Shown piece after piece: positions 41,529-50,382 of a stretch of 54,263 nt of DNA. The translations under genes were made by a program, and so were the position numbers. The DNA is taken from the IMG/VR virus record IMGVR_UViG_3300043414_000482, positions 1 to 54,263 of that record; one strand, 5' to 3'. The DNA comes from a virus. Taxonomy: Duplodnaviria > Caudoviricetes. Each line of letters starts with the position of its first letter. Position 1 is the first letter of the stretch. Under the pieces are notes generated by a model. The model saw only the letters and a list, made by a program, of their open reading frames with translations. It was not told the origin of the DNA and searched no databases.

Positions 41529-42419
41529 TTACAACAAATTTTTATCGTCAACGCCCCTCAAACCATAGTGATTTGAAGTCCCGCGAAATGAAGTAGACCA
41601 TATAAATTCATTTATTTTAAAGAATTCTCTGTTCGGTTCTTCTTCAAGTTTGTTTATTATATGATGATAATTTCTTGGATTATTTTGAATTTGATTCTTC
41701 TTGAAGGCACAATCATTAAAAAATTTAGATTTACTAAATATTCCCTCACTATACATAGATCGGATTGCAATTGCTACTCTATTAGTTGTAGTATCTGCCG
41801 AAGTCCTGTGAATTACATCTCCTCGAAAAATTAATATGTCTCCCGGACTTATGTTAATTTCTTCGCTCAATGATAATATATCTTCATCCAACGTTACATG
41901 AGTTCCGGCGTCATCATTAAAAATAGTAGTTTTATTATCTTTAAATTTAAATCTCTGAGCGCCTTTATGTATAATATATTTTTCTGTTATTTCGGGAATT
42001 TTTTCATTTAGTGTTTTGAACGGAATAATTCTGATTCCATTTTGATCCGCATTTGGTTTAATTATAGGTATCCAAAAATTCAAGTTATTAAATGTATCTT
42101 GGGTTTTATAAAATACTTCATGGTCTTGGTGCCAATCTAATTTTATGTAATTATTATTAAAATATACTCCGCTTGATGAAACTCGATCCGTTTTTATTGT
42201 TGTTTCTCTGTTTATGTCTTTGAGAATTGATTCAATCGTTGATTTTAATGTAGAGACGGGTAAACCGGTGTCTGAATTTATTTTATCTGAAAATGTAAAC
42301 TGTATGGAAGATGATGCTGTTTTGTGATTTTGTATTAGTATATCAATTTCTTCCATGCTAACTACATTGTTTAAGATAACAAATCCATTAGTTTCTAAAT
42401 CAGAAAAATTAAAAGTCAT
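41529..42419 (-). CDS. PhyH-like 2OG-Fe(II) dioxygenase
   Basis: NGFVIL, WHQD, LNFWIP, PGDILIF...H and NRVA motifs. Confidence 0.8.
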   Translation of the reverse strand: MTFNFSDLETNGFVILNNVVSMEEIDILIQNHKTASSSIQFTFSDKINSDTGLPVSTLKSTIESILKDINRETTIKTDRVSSSGVYFNNNYIKLDWHQDHEVFYKTQDTFNNLNFWIPIIKPNADQNGIRIIPFKTLNEKIPEITEKYIIHKGAQRFKFKDNKTTIFNDDAGTHVTLDEDILSLSEEINISPGDILIFRGDVIHRTSADTTTNRVAIAIRSMYSEGIFSKSKFFNDCAFKKNQIQNNPRNYHHIINKLEEEPNREFFKINEFIWSTSFRGTSNHYGLRGVDDKNLL

Positions 42420-42886
42420 ACTTCACCGTCTAGTGTTTCCTTAGGGGTTTCTGTCAGATACTCATAATTGGTAGTATCTATGTTCTCACGCAAAACGATA
42501 GCCCCGTTCTTTAGATGGAATCTACGGGCCATGTTTGTCTTAGGGCTTAGTGTCACAAATCTAGTTACGCTAGGATATTGTGCTTGAATTCCCTTTACCG
42601 CTTGATAAAGCAAGTCTCTACCTTTACCGCTTTTGTAACTCCAAATAGTATAGAATATTGCGGTAGTAGGGACTGTTGAGGTTTTGCTTAATCCTTCAAC
42701 ATCTTCGGGAACGAAATCATGGAAGCTAACACAAACCATTGCTTCTGGATTTTGTTCTTCGTCAGTTAATGCTGCGACAACTCTACCATCGCTAACTCTA
42801 AAATCTTTAGATATTTCAGGGCGAACAGGGTCATCTTTTATAAAACTTAATAGTGTGTGTGAAAGGTCTGTGATGAATTGAAACAT
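42416..42886 (-). CDS. conserved phage protein, GNAT-like
   Basis: DDPVRP...FYTIWSY..GKG...VTLSPKT..A.RFHLKNGA; TATAAATA at 42895-42902 (-). Confidence 0.65.
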   Translation of the reverse strand: MFQFITDLSHTLLSFIKDDPVRPEISKDFRVSDGRVVAALTDEEQNPEAMVCVSFHDFVPEDVEGLSKTSTVPTTAIFYTIWSYKSGKGRDLLYQAVKGIQAQYPSVTRFVTLSPKTNMARRFHLKNGAIVLRENIDTTNYEYLTETPKETLDGEV

Positions 42887-42931
42887 GATATTCTTATTTA
42901 TACGTATATTATAATTATTAAATTAATCCCG

Positions 42932-42956
42932 AAAAAATAGGATCCGAAGATCCTAT
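42932..42956 (-). terminator. intrinsic terminator
   Basis: AATAGGATC-ttcg-GATCCTATT-TTTT on the minus strand. Confidence 0.8.
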
Positions 42957-43156
42957 TAAGCTAGCTTATCTACATTTTGTCCTGCCCTCATCATCCGACG
43001 ATTGGCTTCTATTCTATGTATTTCATTATCAATAAGTCGCTCTTTAATATGACGGTCATTAACAATCATTTCCCTATGACGTTCTTCATTGCGAAATAGG
43101 GCATGATGCTGTTGAATTGCAGTTGCTTCCATAGATGCTTTGTTAACTGATGACAT
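42956..43156 (-). CDS. hypothetical protein
   Basis: ORF followed by terminator. Confidence 0.55.
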   Translation of the reverse strand: MSSVNKASMEATAIQQHHALFRNEERHREMIVNDRHIKERLIDNEIHRIEANRRMMRAGQNVDKLA

Positions 43157-43178
43157 ATGATGCCCTTTCTTTTATTTA

Positions 43179-43589
43179 TCATTCAGCAAACGCACGACGG
43201 AGTATCAATTCCTGTTTGCTAAATGCTTCAATTTCCCATGGCATATCCAAATACGGAGTTTTCTTACTATACTTTTTTCCGGCCCAAGTATGTCCATTGC
43301 TACGTTGTTTAAGAACACCTTTGGCTAATTGCTTTACGTGAACCATTTCATGAGCAAGGGTCAGCCCCAAATCTATCAATTTGCGATTGGGTTTGATGAC
43401 AATCAAATACGCACCACACAACTCAGACATATCAAGGGTTAGCCCCTGGTCATTGCCCTCACATTCATCAGCAACACGGATAAGTAATGCTTTTCGGCAG
43501 TTCTCAAGTTTAAGTTGTTTAAGCATTGAGGGTAGTATTGCCTCAATGAATTTCTTTGTTTTTCGACCTGCTTCAACTTCTATTTCCAT
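43179..43589 (-). CDS. HEXXH zincin-like metallopeptidase (start MEIEV)
   Basis: TLAHEMVHVKQ...PWEIEA; AAGGAG RBS. Confidence 0.78.
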   Translation of the reverse strand: MEIEVEAGRKTKKFIEAILPSMLKQLKLENCRKALLIRVADECEGNDQGLTLDMSELCGAYLIVIKPNRKLIDLGLTLAHEMVHVKQLAKGVLKQRSNGHTWAGKKYSKKTPYLDMPWEIEAFSKQELILRRAFAE

Positions 43590-43599
43590 TACTAACTCC

Positions 43600-44202
43600 T
43601 TACATTGTAGGACCATTGCCGTTTCTAAATCCAACTGACCCGCCTTCTGCTTCAATACGTTTGATAACATCTTCAAATAAGATAGGTTTAAAGTCAGTTT
43701 GCTCCACGCATACGCAATGGTAGCGTACATCTGGCTCATCACTGTACAGAACTTCTCCGGTTCTAGCATCAACCCCACGTGCTTTCTTTACACGATTAGA
43801 ATGTAAGTGTCCGTGAATGTTAGTACCAAATCTTCCTAAGCTATCACTATGTAACGGGATATGACTTAAGATCATTCCGTTCATAACATGATATGCTCTT
43901 AATTCACGGAAGTACTTACTATATTCCACATCAGGGAAGATATCGTGATTGCCGCGAATTAAAACCTTATCACCGTTTAAACGAGCCATCGTCGGTAATG
44001 CTTTACGATTGATAACTACATCACCTAAGTGATATACTTTATCGTTTGGTCGTACAGTATCGTTCCAACGCTTAACCATTTCCTCATCCATTTCATGTGG
44101 ATCAGTCCATGGACGAATCTTTGTTACTCCGTCTGATTCTGTAAACCTACACACCCCGGCGTGGCCAAAATGTGTGTCACTAACTAAAAATACTGCTGGC
44201 AT
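43600..44202 (-). CDS. calcineurin-like phosphoesterase
   Basis: SDTHFGH, LGD, GNHD, SHIP and HGHLH motifs. Confidence 0.9.
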   Translation of the reverse strand: MPAVFLVSDTHFGHAGVCRFTESDGVTKIRPWTDPHEMDEEMVKRWNDTVRPNDKVYHLGDVVINRKALPTMARLNGDKVLIRGNHDIFPDVEYSKYFRELRAYHVMNGMILSHIPLHSDSLGRFGTNIHGHLHSNRVKKARGVDARTGEVLYSDEPDVRYHCVCVEQTDFKPILFEDVIKRIEAEGGSVGFRNGNGPTM

Positions 44203-44203
44203 A

Positions 44204-44443
44204 TTATTTCTCCTTCTTTACTCGGCCGATTCTGCTTGCCTTGTTCCAAGTGTATGCTACTCCGTCAGGAGTCTTTCCATCTACTACACTATCAACACCA
44301 AATCGTCCTACAATTTCAAACTCGCCACCACTGATGGTGACAAACTCATTCATTAGTTTGGCATGTTCCATGGCCAAATCTAATGAGGTAAACTCTTGTT
44401 CTTGTTCTTTTGTTATTACTTTATACACTATGCTATCATCCAT
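44204..44443 (-). CDS. hypothetical protein
   Basis: ORF in operon context. Confidence 0.65.
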   Translation of the reverse strand: MDDSIVYKVITKEQEQEFTSLDLAMEHAKLMNEFVTISGGEFEIVGRFGVDSVVDGKTPDGVAYTWNKASRIGRVKKEK

Positions 44444-44736
44444 TCCATATCGTCTTGTACTTCTATACTTTCACTACCGTCGTATTCTACTACACGGAAT
44501 TTTTTACCTTCTTCTATCCATTCTACCCTCAAATTACTCAATCCACCTGTATATATACCAGGATACTTCAATTCTACATAAGTAGACAATTCATCATACT
44601 GTCCCTTCTCTACAAGTTTTACCATTGCAGGGTCAAACAATATCTCTGGATAGTCTAGGTTCCACGAGTACCATCCAGCACCAAAGTCAGGGCTGTATAG
44701 TACTGCTACTTTTCCGTTTTCACTTAATTTACGCAT
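44428..44736 (-). CDS. conserved phage protein, probably leaderless (MRKLS)
   Basis: VAVLYSP.FGAGW...EYDGSE; promoter 44743-44771. Confidence 0.7.
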   Translation of the reverse strand: MRKLSENGKVAVLYSPDFGAGWYSWNLDYPEILFDPAMVKLVEKGQYDELSTYVELKYPGIYTGGLSNLRVEWIEEGKKFRVVEYDGSESIEVQDDMEWMIA

Positions 44737-44779
44737 AGACATAGTATATCACAATCACCATTATTTGTCAAGATATGGT

Positions 44780-44805
44780 AATACCCGGCGAACCGGGTAT
44801 TTTTT
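44780..44805. terminator. hairpin/terminator downstream of the Ro-like gene
   Basis: AATACCCGG-cgaa-CCGGGTATT. Confidence 0.65.
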
Positions 44806-44818
44806 GATTCATTGACTG

Positions 44819-46234
44819 TTACGCCAAATCGTAGCGACTGTTCATCACAGCCTTAAGCATGATAGCTTCTGGGCTAAATGCATCTGGGTCTGCACCCAAT
44901 ACACTAGCAGCGATTGCTGGGCTGAATCCTGATACAAGAGCGGTACCACCCTTGTCGAACTCAACTGGAGCGTTTCCGCTAGCATTCAAGTTCCAGAAAA
45001 CTACCTTAGGCAAATCGTAACCTGCTTCGGCATACTTACGTGCGATCATTTCCATTGCACTGTCATCATACTTAACGCAAGCGTTAAATTGCATGTCGCT
45101 GAAAATCATCAAAGTTTCAGGCATTTCTGCTTGTGATACCTTGTTCTTAACAGCAGTGTCAAGGATTTGATTGAACGCACCATGTAGGTTTGTACTCATT
45201 CCCCAATCAGAACTGACCATTTGGTCAATCTTTTGATTGATTGAACCCTTAAGGTTCAACAACTTTGGCTTGTCGCTGAAAGTCAAAAAGCAGTCCTTGA
45301 ACTTACCCTTGTTCTTATCAGCAAAATACAATCCCAAGCTAACTGCGATTTCTAGGCAAGTAGTAGAACCCTTCTTCCCTGCAATGCAGGTCATAGAGCC
45401 ACTAACGTCAACTAGAGGCAACACACTTGAGTCACCAACATAGTTAGGCAATGCATTCCATTGTGCTTCAATAGCATCCAACTCAGTCTTAGACCAAGTT
45501 GTAGCACCGTATCCACTGATACGACCCTTCAACACATCGTGTGGGAAGATTGCGTTAGCATTGATCTTCACACCTGCTTCACCCTTAACCAACTTAGTGA
45601 TGTACTCAGCATAAGTTGTACCATGACGACCAAAAGCCTTCTTGTAACGACTATGCGCTACAGATGGAACGTGACTGTAGTTGATGTTATCCCAGTCATT
45701 AGAACACATTTGTGTTTCAACAACGGTAGTCATACCAACAAGAGTCTTACGATATTGCTTTGGGCTCATACCGTAGAAGTCACGAATTTCAGCCGCGATC
45801 TTGCCCTTACGGGGAGTCCACTTAGCAGCGAGTCCATTGCTTTGACGCAAGTAGTCACCAAGCAATGTGTAGGCCTTAGCCTTCATATCCTTAGTTTGAA
45901 AAACTAGCAAATCGTCAAAACGACCAAGTTCTGGCACCTTAGTGATAAGACGAGCAGCATCAGCTGGGTTAGTCTTTTCCAAGTGCAACATGACTTGACG
46001 GAACAATTCACGTTCACCCGCACCACCACGAACATCACGTGCCCATTGGACGATACGCAATGCCAGGTCTGCATTTTCTACATAAGCCGCAGTGAATTGC
46101 GGGATGATGTTCTTACCACGGCTTGCACCGATGTTATAGAACAAATCAACACAAGCATTGCTGGTTGATTCACGAGCCTTCATACCGTTGGCGGTACGGG
46201 CTTCTTGGTTTAGTATAGCGTTTGCGAATTGCAT
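44819..46234 (-). CDS. TROVE-like (DUF2828) helical domain + vWA domain protein (Ro60-related)
   Basis: RDVRGGAGER, GRFDDL, AAKWTPR and INYSHVPS motifs, then MIDAS DVSGS...T...SDMQF and FWNL; AAGGAG RBS. Confidence 0.85.
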   Translation of the reverse strand: MQFANAILNQEARTANGMKARESTSNACVDLFYNIGASRGKNIIPQFTAAYVENADLALRIVQWARDVRGGAGERELFRQVMLHLEKTNPADAARLITKVPELGRFDDLLVFQTKDMKAKAYTLLGDYLRQSNGLAAKWTPRKGKIAAEIRDFYGMSPKQYRKTLVGMTTVVETQMCSNDWDNINYSHVPSVAHSRYKKAFGRHGTTYAEYITKLVKGEAGVKINANAIFPHDVLKGRISGYGATTWSKTELDAIEAQWNALPNYVGDSSVLPLVDVSGSMTCIAGKKGSTTCLEIAVSLGLYFADKNKGKFKDCFLTFSDKPKLLNLKGSINQKIDQMVSSDWGMSTNLHGAFNQILDTAVKNKVSQAEMPETLMIFSDMQFNACVKYDDSAMEMIARKYAEAGYDLPKVVFWNLNASGNAPVEFDKGGTALVSGFSPAIAASVLGADPDAFSPEAIMLKAVMNSRYDLA

Positions 46235-46261
46235 AGTTTCTCCTTTCTGTGTGTAATATGC

Positions 46262-46320
46262 AACAGGGTGCTGTTTTGCTTCATTTCAAGTAAAGTTTTT
46301 AAATTTGCTGGAAGCACCCT
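46262..46320 (-). ncRNA. stem-closed CAGCAA RNA, copy A (candidate Y-RNA-like)
   Basis: AGGGUGCU/AGCACCCU closing stem; CAGCAAAUUU...UUGAAA...AAAAC...CCUGUU. Confidence 0.6.
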
Positions 46321-46329
46321 AATATAAAA

Positions 46330-46443
46330 AACAGGATCGTTTTGTACTTTTTGTTTCAAGTGAGAAATCCAAACTCACCTTGATAGTCTGTGAAGTTATC
46401 TCTGACCATCAGCCAGTAATTGTTAAATTGCTGAACCGATCCT
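46330..46443 (-). ncRNA. stem-closed CAGCAA RNA, copy B with two internal hairpins
   Basis: AGGAUCG/CGAUCCU stem; same conserved words; internal UGAUGGUC/GACUAUCA and GUGAG/CUCAC hairpins. Confidence 0.6.
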
Positions 46444-46462
46444 TTAATCTTTCAATACGTGT

Positions 46463-46491
46463 ATTATATAACAAAATGTATTTGTTGTAAA
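46463..46491 (-). promoter_or_regulatory. sigma70 promoter for the RNA B - RNA A - Ro-like unit
   Basis: TTTACA-17-TATAAT. Confidence 0.75.
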
Positions 46492-46506
46492 CACGTTTTG
46501 GGTAAC

Positions 46507-46725
46507 TTATCTCAATTGTTTGAGATATTCACGGCCAACAAGGCCTTTTTCAATTTCCATTAGTGCAACGACAGTTGGTCCTGCAGTAGTGGGTTTATCT
46601 AGTTTAGACTTATGCCCTCGCTTGAGTTCCCTAACCCTAGCCGATGCGATTAGAACCATTTCAAATCGATTACCAATCATCTCTACAGCCTCTTGGCTAG
46701 TGAATCTTGCTCTACTTTCGTTCAT
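46507..46725 (-). CDS. rpoZ: RNA polymerase omega subunit
   Basis: AR.T...AVEMIGNRFEMVLIAS.R.REL...PTVVAL.EIE.G; AAGGAG RBS. Confidence 0.88.
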   Translation of the reverse strand: MNESRARFTSQEAVEMIGNRFEMVLIASARVRELKRGHKSKLDKPTTAGPTVVALMEIEKGLVGREYLKQLR

Positions 46726-46726
46726 A

Positions 46727-47266
46727 CTATCTCCTTTTAATTCCATAAAAATACAAATCCTGATGCGGGGAACCTGTTTCAAACTCATATGCTAAAAACA
46801 TATTGTCAAGGTCGATGTTTTGTATAAAATCTTCTGCTGTTAGATTCTTATAGTACTCCCATCCCTTACCTGTAGTCAACGGACTATCTTGTGGACTAGT
46901 GCGAGTAGTACCATGTTCAGGTCTACCTGTAGTAGCGCATGTCATAAAAATTAAGCCGCCGGGCTTGGTCATTCTATGCATGTTATTAAATGTCTCAACC
47001 CAGAATGGGTTATGCTCAAAGCATTCACAGCTACCCACAGTATCATATGTTTCAGCTGGATGATCTAAACTTTGTCCTTCACAGACTAAATCAACGTCTT
47101 TTCCAGGACCAACATCAATGCCCAAATAATCACATTCAGTAAAGAACACTCTGATTGACCCATTGATATTAAGACTTCCAACTTCTAATACTTTTTTATT
47201 AAAGAATTGAGTTGGGTATTTTAATTTTAATTTTTGTATATAGTTGAATTGTTGTTGATGTGCCAT
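46727..47266 (-). CDS. class I SAM-dependent methyltransferase
   Basis: VLEVGS...GID...ECFEH...KPGG. Confidence 0.85.
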   Translation of the reverse strand: MAHQQQFNYIQKLKLKYPTQFFNKKVLEVGSLNINGSIRVFFTECDYLGIDVGPGKDVDLVCEGQSLDHPAETYDTVGSCECFEHNPFWVETFNNMHRMTKPGGLIFMTCATTGRPEHGTTRTSPQDSPLTTGKGWEYYKNLTAEDFIQNIDLDNMFLAYEFETGSPHQDLYFYGIKRR

Positions 47267-47283
47267 AACTTTTACTTTATCTT

Positions 47284-47357
47284 TGGAGCGGGATAGGAGA
47301 ATCGAACTCCTGTCCGAACCTTGGCAAGGTCCCGTTCTACCATTTAACTAATCCCGC
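47284..47357 (-). tRNA. tRNA-Gly(GCC)
   Basis: cloverleaf, loop TTGCCAA, encoded CCA. Confidence 0.92.
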
Positions 47358-47501
47358 TTATCTTGTAAACTTTCGTTTTAATATTAACCAGTAATATTTA
47401 ATACCTCTAAAAGGGAATCCTTCAAGATTTAAATTAAATAACGAAACCTCTTTGGGTACATTTCCGTATGCACGATTTATTGTATCTTCTGATTTTGACA
47501 T
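47358..47501 (-). CDS. small protein (47 aa, MSKSEDTINRAYG..., not in ORF track)
   Basis: ORF filling a tRNA spacer. Confidence 0.5.
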   Translation of the reverse strand: MSKSEDTINRAYGNVPKEVSLFNLNLEGFPFRGIKYYWLILKRKFTR

Positions 47502-47521
47502 ACATACTTTCCCTTTAAAAT

Positions 47522-47596
47522 TGGTACCTCGTGACAGGGTCGAACTGCCGACATTCGCCGTGTAAAGGCGCTACTCTACCACTGAGTTAACGAGGC
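47522..47596 (-). tRNA. tRNA-Val(TAC)
   Basis: cloverleaf, loop TTTACAC, CCA. Confidence 0.92.
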
Positions 47597-47602
47597 TTAC
47601 TT

Positions 47603-47872
47603 TTATCCTGTACGTTGAATCAAATGATAACCGAATTGTGTTTGTACTGGGCCACTAGTTTGACCAACATCACTACCAAACGCAACATCTTCAAAAGGCT
47701 TTACCATTTGTCCACGTCCAAACATTCCTAAATCACCGCCGTTAGCACCACTTGGGCACTTGCTGTGAATCTTTGCTAATGCTGAAAAATCTTCACCAGC
47801 ACTAATCTTTTCTTTTAATGTAACCGCTTCGTTCAATGATTGAACTAAAATATGTTTTGCTCTTACTTGCAT
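47603..47872 (-). CDS. ppiC: parvulin peptidyl-prolyl isomerase
   Basis: AKHILV...SKCPS...GGDLG.F.RGQMVKPFE...TQFGYHLI. Confidence 0.93.
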   Translation of the reverse strand: MQVRAKHILVQSLNEAVTLKEKISAGEDFSALAKIHSKCPSGANGGDLGMFGRGQMVKPFEDVAFGSDVGQTSGPVQTQFGYHLIQRTG

Positions 47873-48048
47873 TCTTTATCTCCTTCTTGTGTATTATACA
47901 GCTTTTCTTTAATATAGTCAAATGCTTCTTGCTCATTTTGGGCATCCTCAATATCTTTTCTTGAGGGTTTCCGAAATATCTTATCAAAGCTATTTGCAAA
48001 TTCTTCTTGACTAACACTATATGGTCTTGGGCTACTACCTTTACTCAT
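47863..48048 (-). CDS. small conserved phage protein
   Basis: MSKGSSPRP...FDKIF. Confidence 0.65.
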   Translation of the reverse strand: MSKGSSPRPYSVSQEEFANSFDKIFRKPSRKDIEDAQNEQEAFDYIKEKLYNTQEGDKECK

Positions 48049-48076
48049 ATCATCTTCCTTTTTATTACTTATTTAA

Positions 48077-48982
48077 TTAGATACCTAATTGAAATTTTAT
48101 TAAATTAATTGGGATTAAATGTTTGAAAGATTCTTTTGGAAACTTTAATTTTAATTGTTGTACAAAATCATGCTCTACTTTTCTCAACAATTCAAATCCA
48201 TTAAATTTTGGTCTAAGTTTCAATTTTGGGAATAATCTATGATATTCTATAACCTTTTCAGATGGGGGAAGTATTTTTCCGTTATTAAGTTTATTCATCT
48301 TGATATCAAAATATCCCGGAGTTGTTATCATAGTATTGATTACTGGCAGTTTTAAATAACTAGCCATAATTTCTGAATTTTGTAAATAAAATGCGGGGTA
48401 ATGTTTTTTTTTAAATTTTGAACAATAGTCCATAGCTATATTAAACCACACCCCATTTTCTATGCATGGTTCATTATTATCGTTCAAATAAATATCAGTT
48501 TCTCTGCCTCCCAATACTGCTATACCGTCTAACTCATCGGCTTTTTCTAACATGTAGATTTGCATATATCGATATATAGCAGACGATTTGAAACCCATGT
48601 CAATGTATCTAGGTATATCATTTTTTATGAAATAATCCATATCAAATGTTTCAGAGATTTGTGTTATGTTATTTTTTTTACACCAATGATTTACGTATGT
48701 AGTATCATAATCATTAATATGCCTATTACCGTATTTAATTTCTAACGTTATGATTTTAAAATTGCTACCCAATTCTAGAAATTGTTCAGATATGATTTCT
48801 GAATCTATCCCGCCGCTACTAAAAACATACAGTTGTTTAGTATTGGTCTTAGCTATGTGTATAGCAGTTTCTTTTATTTCATCCTTGTGTGATTTTAATT
48901 CCCTTGTTATTGGATTAAATTTAATTTCAAAAGAATTGTCTTTTGATTCATCAAAAGTATATGTATAATTTATATGGTCCAT
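48077..48982 (-). CDS. PP-loop (adenine nucleotide alpha-hydrolase-like) protein
   Basis: VFSSGGIDSE; visibly AT-rich. Confidence 0.6.
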   Translation of the reverse strand: MDHINYTYTFDESKDNSFEIKFNPITRELKSHKDEIKETAIHIAKTNTKQLYVFSSGGIDSEIISEQFLELGSNFKIITLEIKYGNRHINDYDTTYVNHWCKKNNITQISETFDMDYFIKNDIPRYIDMGFKSSAIYRYMQIYMLEKADELDGIAVLGGRETDIYLNDNNEPCIENGVWFNIAMDYCSKFKKKHYPAFYLQNSEIMASYLKLPVINTMITTPGYFDIKMNKLNNGKILPPSEKVIEYHRLFPKLKLRPKFNGFELLRKVEHDFVQQLKLKFPKESFKHLIPINLIKFQLGI

Positions 48983-48996
48983 AACAATTTTTTAAT

Positions 48997-49074
48997 TGGT
49001 CCGTGTAGAGAGATTCGAACTCCCGACCCTCTGCTCCCAAAGCAGATGCGCTAACCAGGCTGCGCTACACACGG
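48997..49074 (-). tRNA. tRNA-Pro(TGG)
   Basis: cloverleaf, loop TTTGGGA, CCA. Confidence 0.93.
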
Positions 49075-49310
49075 TTTTTATTTCTTAACTTCATTCCAAC
49101 CATTGTGCCAAAGAAGGCACCAAACGCTGCTGGAATCAATAACATATGATTAGTAGTATACTCTATAACTGCTGAACAAGCAACTAAAAATACTAAAACT
49201 GACCAGCAACTTGCCCTTAATACTTTATCTTCATGTACCGCTTTTAGGTAATATGTATAAAAGATATCAGTAAAAAAGATAGCAAAGAAGGTATAGATAT
49301 AATCTATCAT
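49065..49310 (-). CDS. small three-TM membrane protein (start MIDYI)
   Basis: hydrophobic ORF; stop overlaps the tRNA-Pro 5' end. Confidence 0.65.
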   Translation of the reverse strand: MIDYIYTFFAIFFTDIFYTYYLKAVHEDKVLRASCWSVLVFLVACSAVIEYTTNHMLLIPAAFGAFFGTMVGMKLRNKNRV

Positions 49311-49319
49311 ATGTGTTAT

Positions 49320-49393
49320 TGGATGCGGGTGACAGATTCGCACTGCCGATGCACCTGGCTTATGAGACCGGTGTGGTGACTACCCTACCCGCG
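49320..49393 (-). tRNA. atypical tRNA-Met(CAT), initiator-like with minimal D-arm
   Basis: CGCGGGT/ACCCGCA acceptor (C1:A72), loop CTCATAA, T-loop TGCGAAT, CCA. Confidence 0.6.
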
Positions 49394-49412
49394 TAATTAT
49401 TTATCGTATTCT

Positions 49413-49489
49413 TGGTGCGTGATAAAAGATTTGAACTTTTGACCTCTATCTTGTCGAGATAGCGTTCTTCCATGCTGAACTAATCACGC
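49413..49489 (-). tRNA. tRNA-Val(GAC)
   Basis: cloverleaf, loop TCGACAA (C33), CCA. Confidence 0.85.
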
Positions 49490-49492
49490 ATT

Positions 49493-49566
49493 TGGTGGAG
49501 GATAACAGAATCGAACTGTTGCGAAAACCTTGCAAAGGTCCCAGGCTACCATTACATCAATCCCCC
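49493..49566 (-). tRNA. tRNA-Ala(TGC)
   Basis: G3:U70, loop TTTGCAA, CCA. Confidence 0.9.
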
Positions 49567-49626
49567 GAAATTTATTGACTGATTACTTATCTCATTATAC
49601 GCCATCAGTCAAGGCGAGTTTCTTTG

Positions 49627-49711
49627 TGGTGCCCTAGGTCGGACTCGAACCGACACGCCTTTCGGCGCCAGAACCTAAATCTGGTGCGTCTACCAATTTC
49701 GCCACCAGGGC
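49627..49711 (-). tRNA. tRNA-Leu(TAG)
   Basis: long variable arm, loop TTTAGGT, CCA. Confidence 0.93.
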
Positions 49712-49767
49712 ATTATATCATAATACACTCTATTTAATGCATTATGATATAACAATATAAATAGTTG

Positions 49768-50307
49768 ATGAATCACTATTGTAATCATATCAACATACCT
49801 GTGTTACCACTACACGGATTAAATCCAACTGACCAAACTGTAAATCACACTAGGATAGATGATAAATTTATTAATACAGAATTTATTGAATTCTTAGATA
49901 AACTAAATTTAGCAGTAGGATGGGCAGTACTATTCTATCGTCAACCTAATTCTTCTTGGCCTATACATACTGATTGCAGTGACAAGGATCGTGCTAAAAT
50001 AAACTGGGTTTATAACGGTGAAGATAGCAAAATGAATTGGTATACTCTTACTGAAGCTGCTATGAGTAAACCACCTAGTAAAACTACAATAGGAACTCCA
50101 TACTATCATTATACACACGATGAAGTTATTCTCGCATATAGCGAAACATTAACTACTACCTGTCTTGTTCAAGCAGGAGTCCCGCATGATGTTGTAACGC
50201 TTACACAAGCTAGGCATTGCATAAGCATAAGTCCTTGTCATAAAGAATCAAGGAAATTTCTTACAATGAATGAAGCCGTTACTTTTTTCAAAGATTATTT
50301 GATTTAA
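49768..50307 (+). CDS. cupin/2OG-oxygenase-like hypothetical protein
   Basis: IHTD...KINW...PHDV...R motifs; TATAAATA at 49756-49763. Confidence 0.6.
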   Translation: MNHYCNHINIPVLPLHGLNPTDQTVNHTRIDDKFINTEFIEFLDKLNLAVGWAVLFYRQPNSSWPIHTDCSDKDRAKINWVYNGEDSKMNWYTLTEAAMSKPPSKTTIGTPYYHYTHDEVILAYSETLTTTCLVQAGVPHDVVTLTQARHCISISPCHKESRKFLTMNEAVTFFKDYLI

Positions 50308-50308
50308 C

Positions 50309-50382
50309 TGGCATCCCCTCTAGGACTCGAACCTAGACTAACGGTTTTGGAGACCGGTATGCTGCCATTACACTAAGGAGAT
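50309..50382 (-). tRNA. tRNA-Trp(CCA)
   Basis: cloverleaf, loop CTCCAAA, CCA. Confidence 0.9.

Noticed and set aside
46262-46443. CAGCAA elements as a mini-CRISPR or as terminators
   Set aside because: Repeats are not identical and no cas gene is present; the stems enclose 45-100 nt and lack a U-tract.
49577-49612. TTGACTGAT/ATCAGTCAA hairpin between tRNA-Leu and tRNA-Ala as a separate ncRNA
   Set aside because: A single short hairpin, adequately explained as a spacer processing structure.
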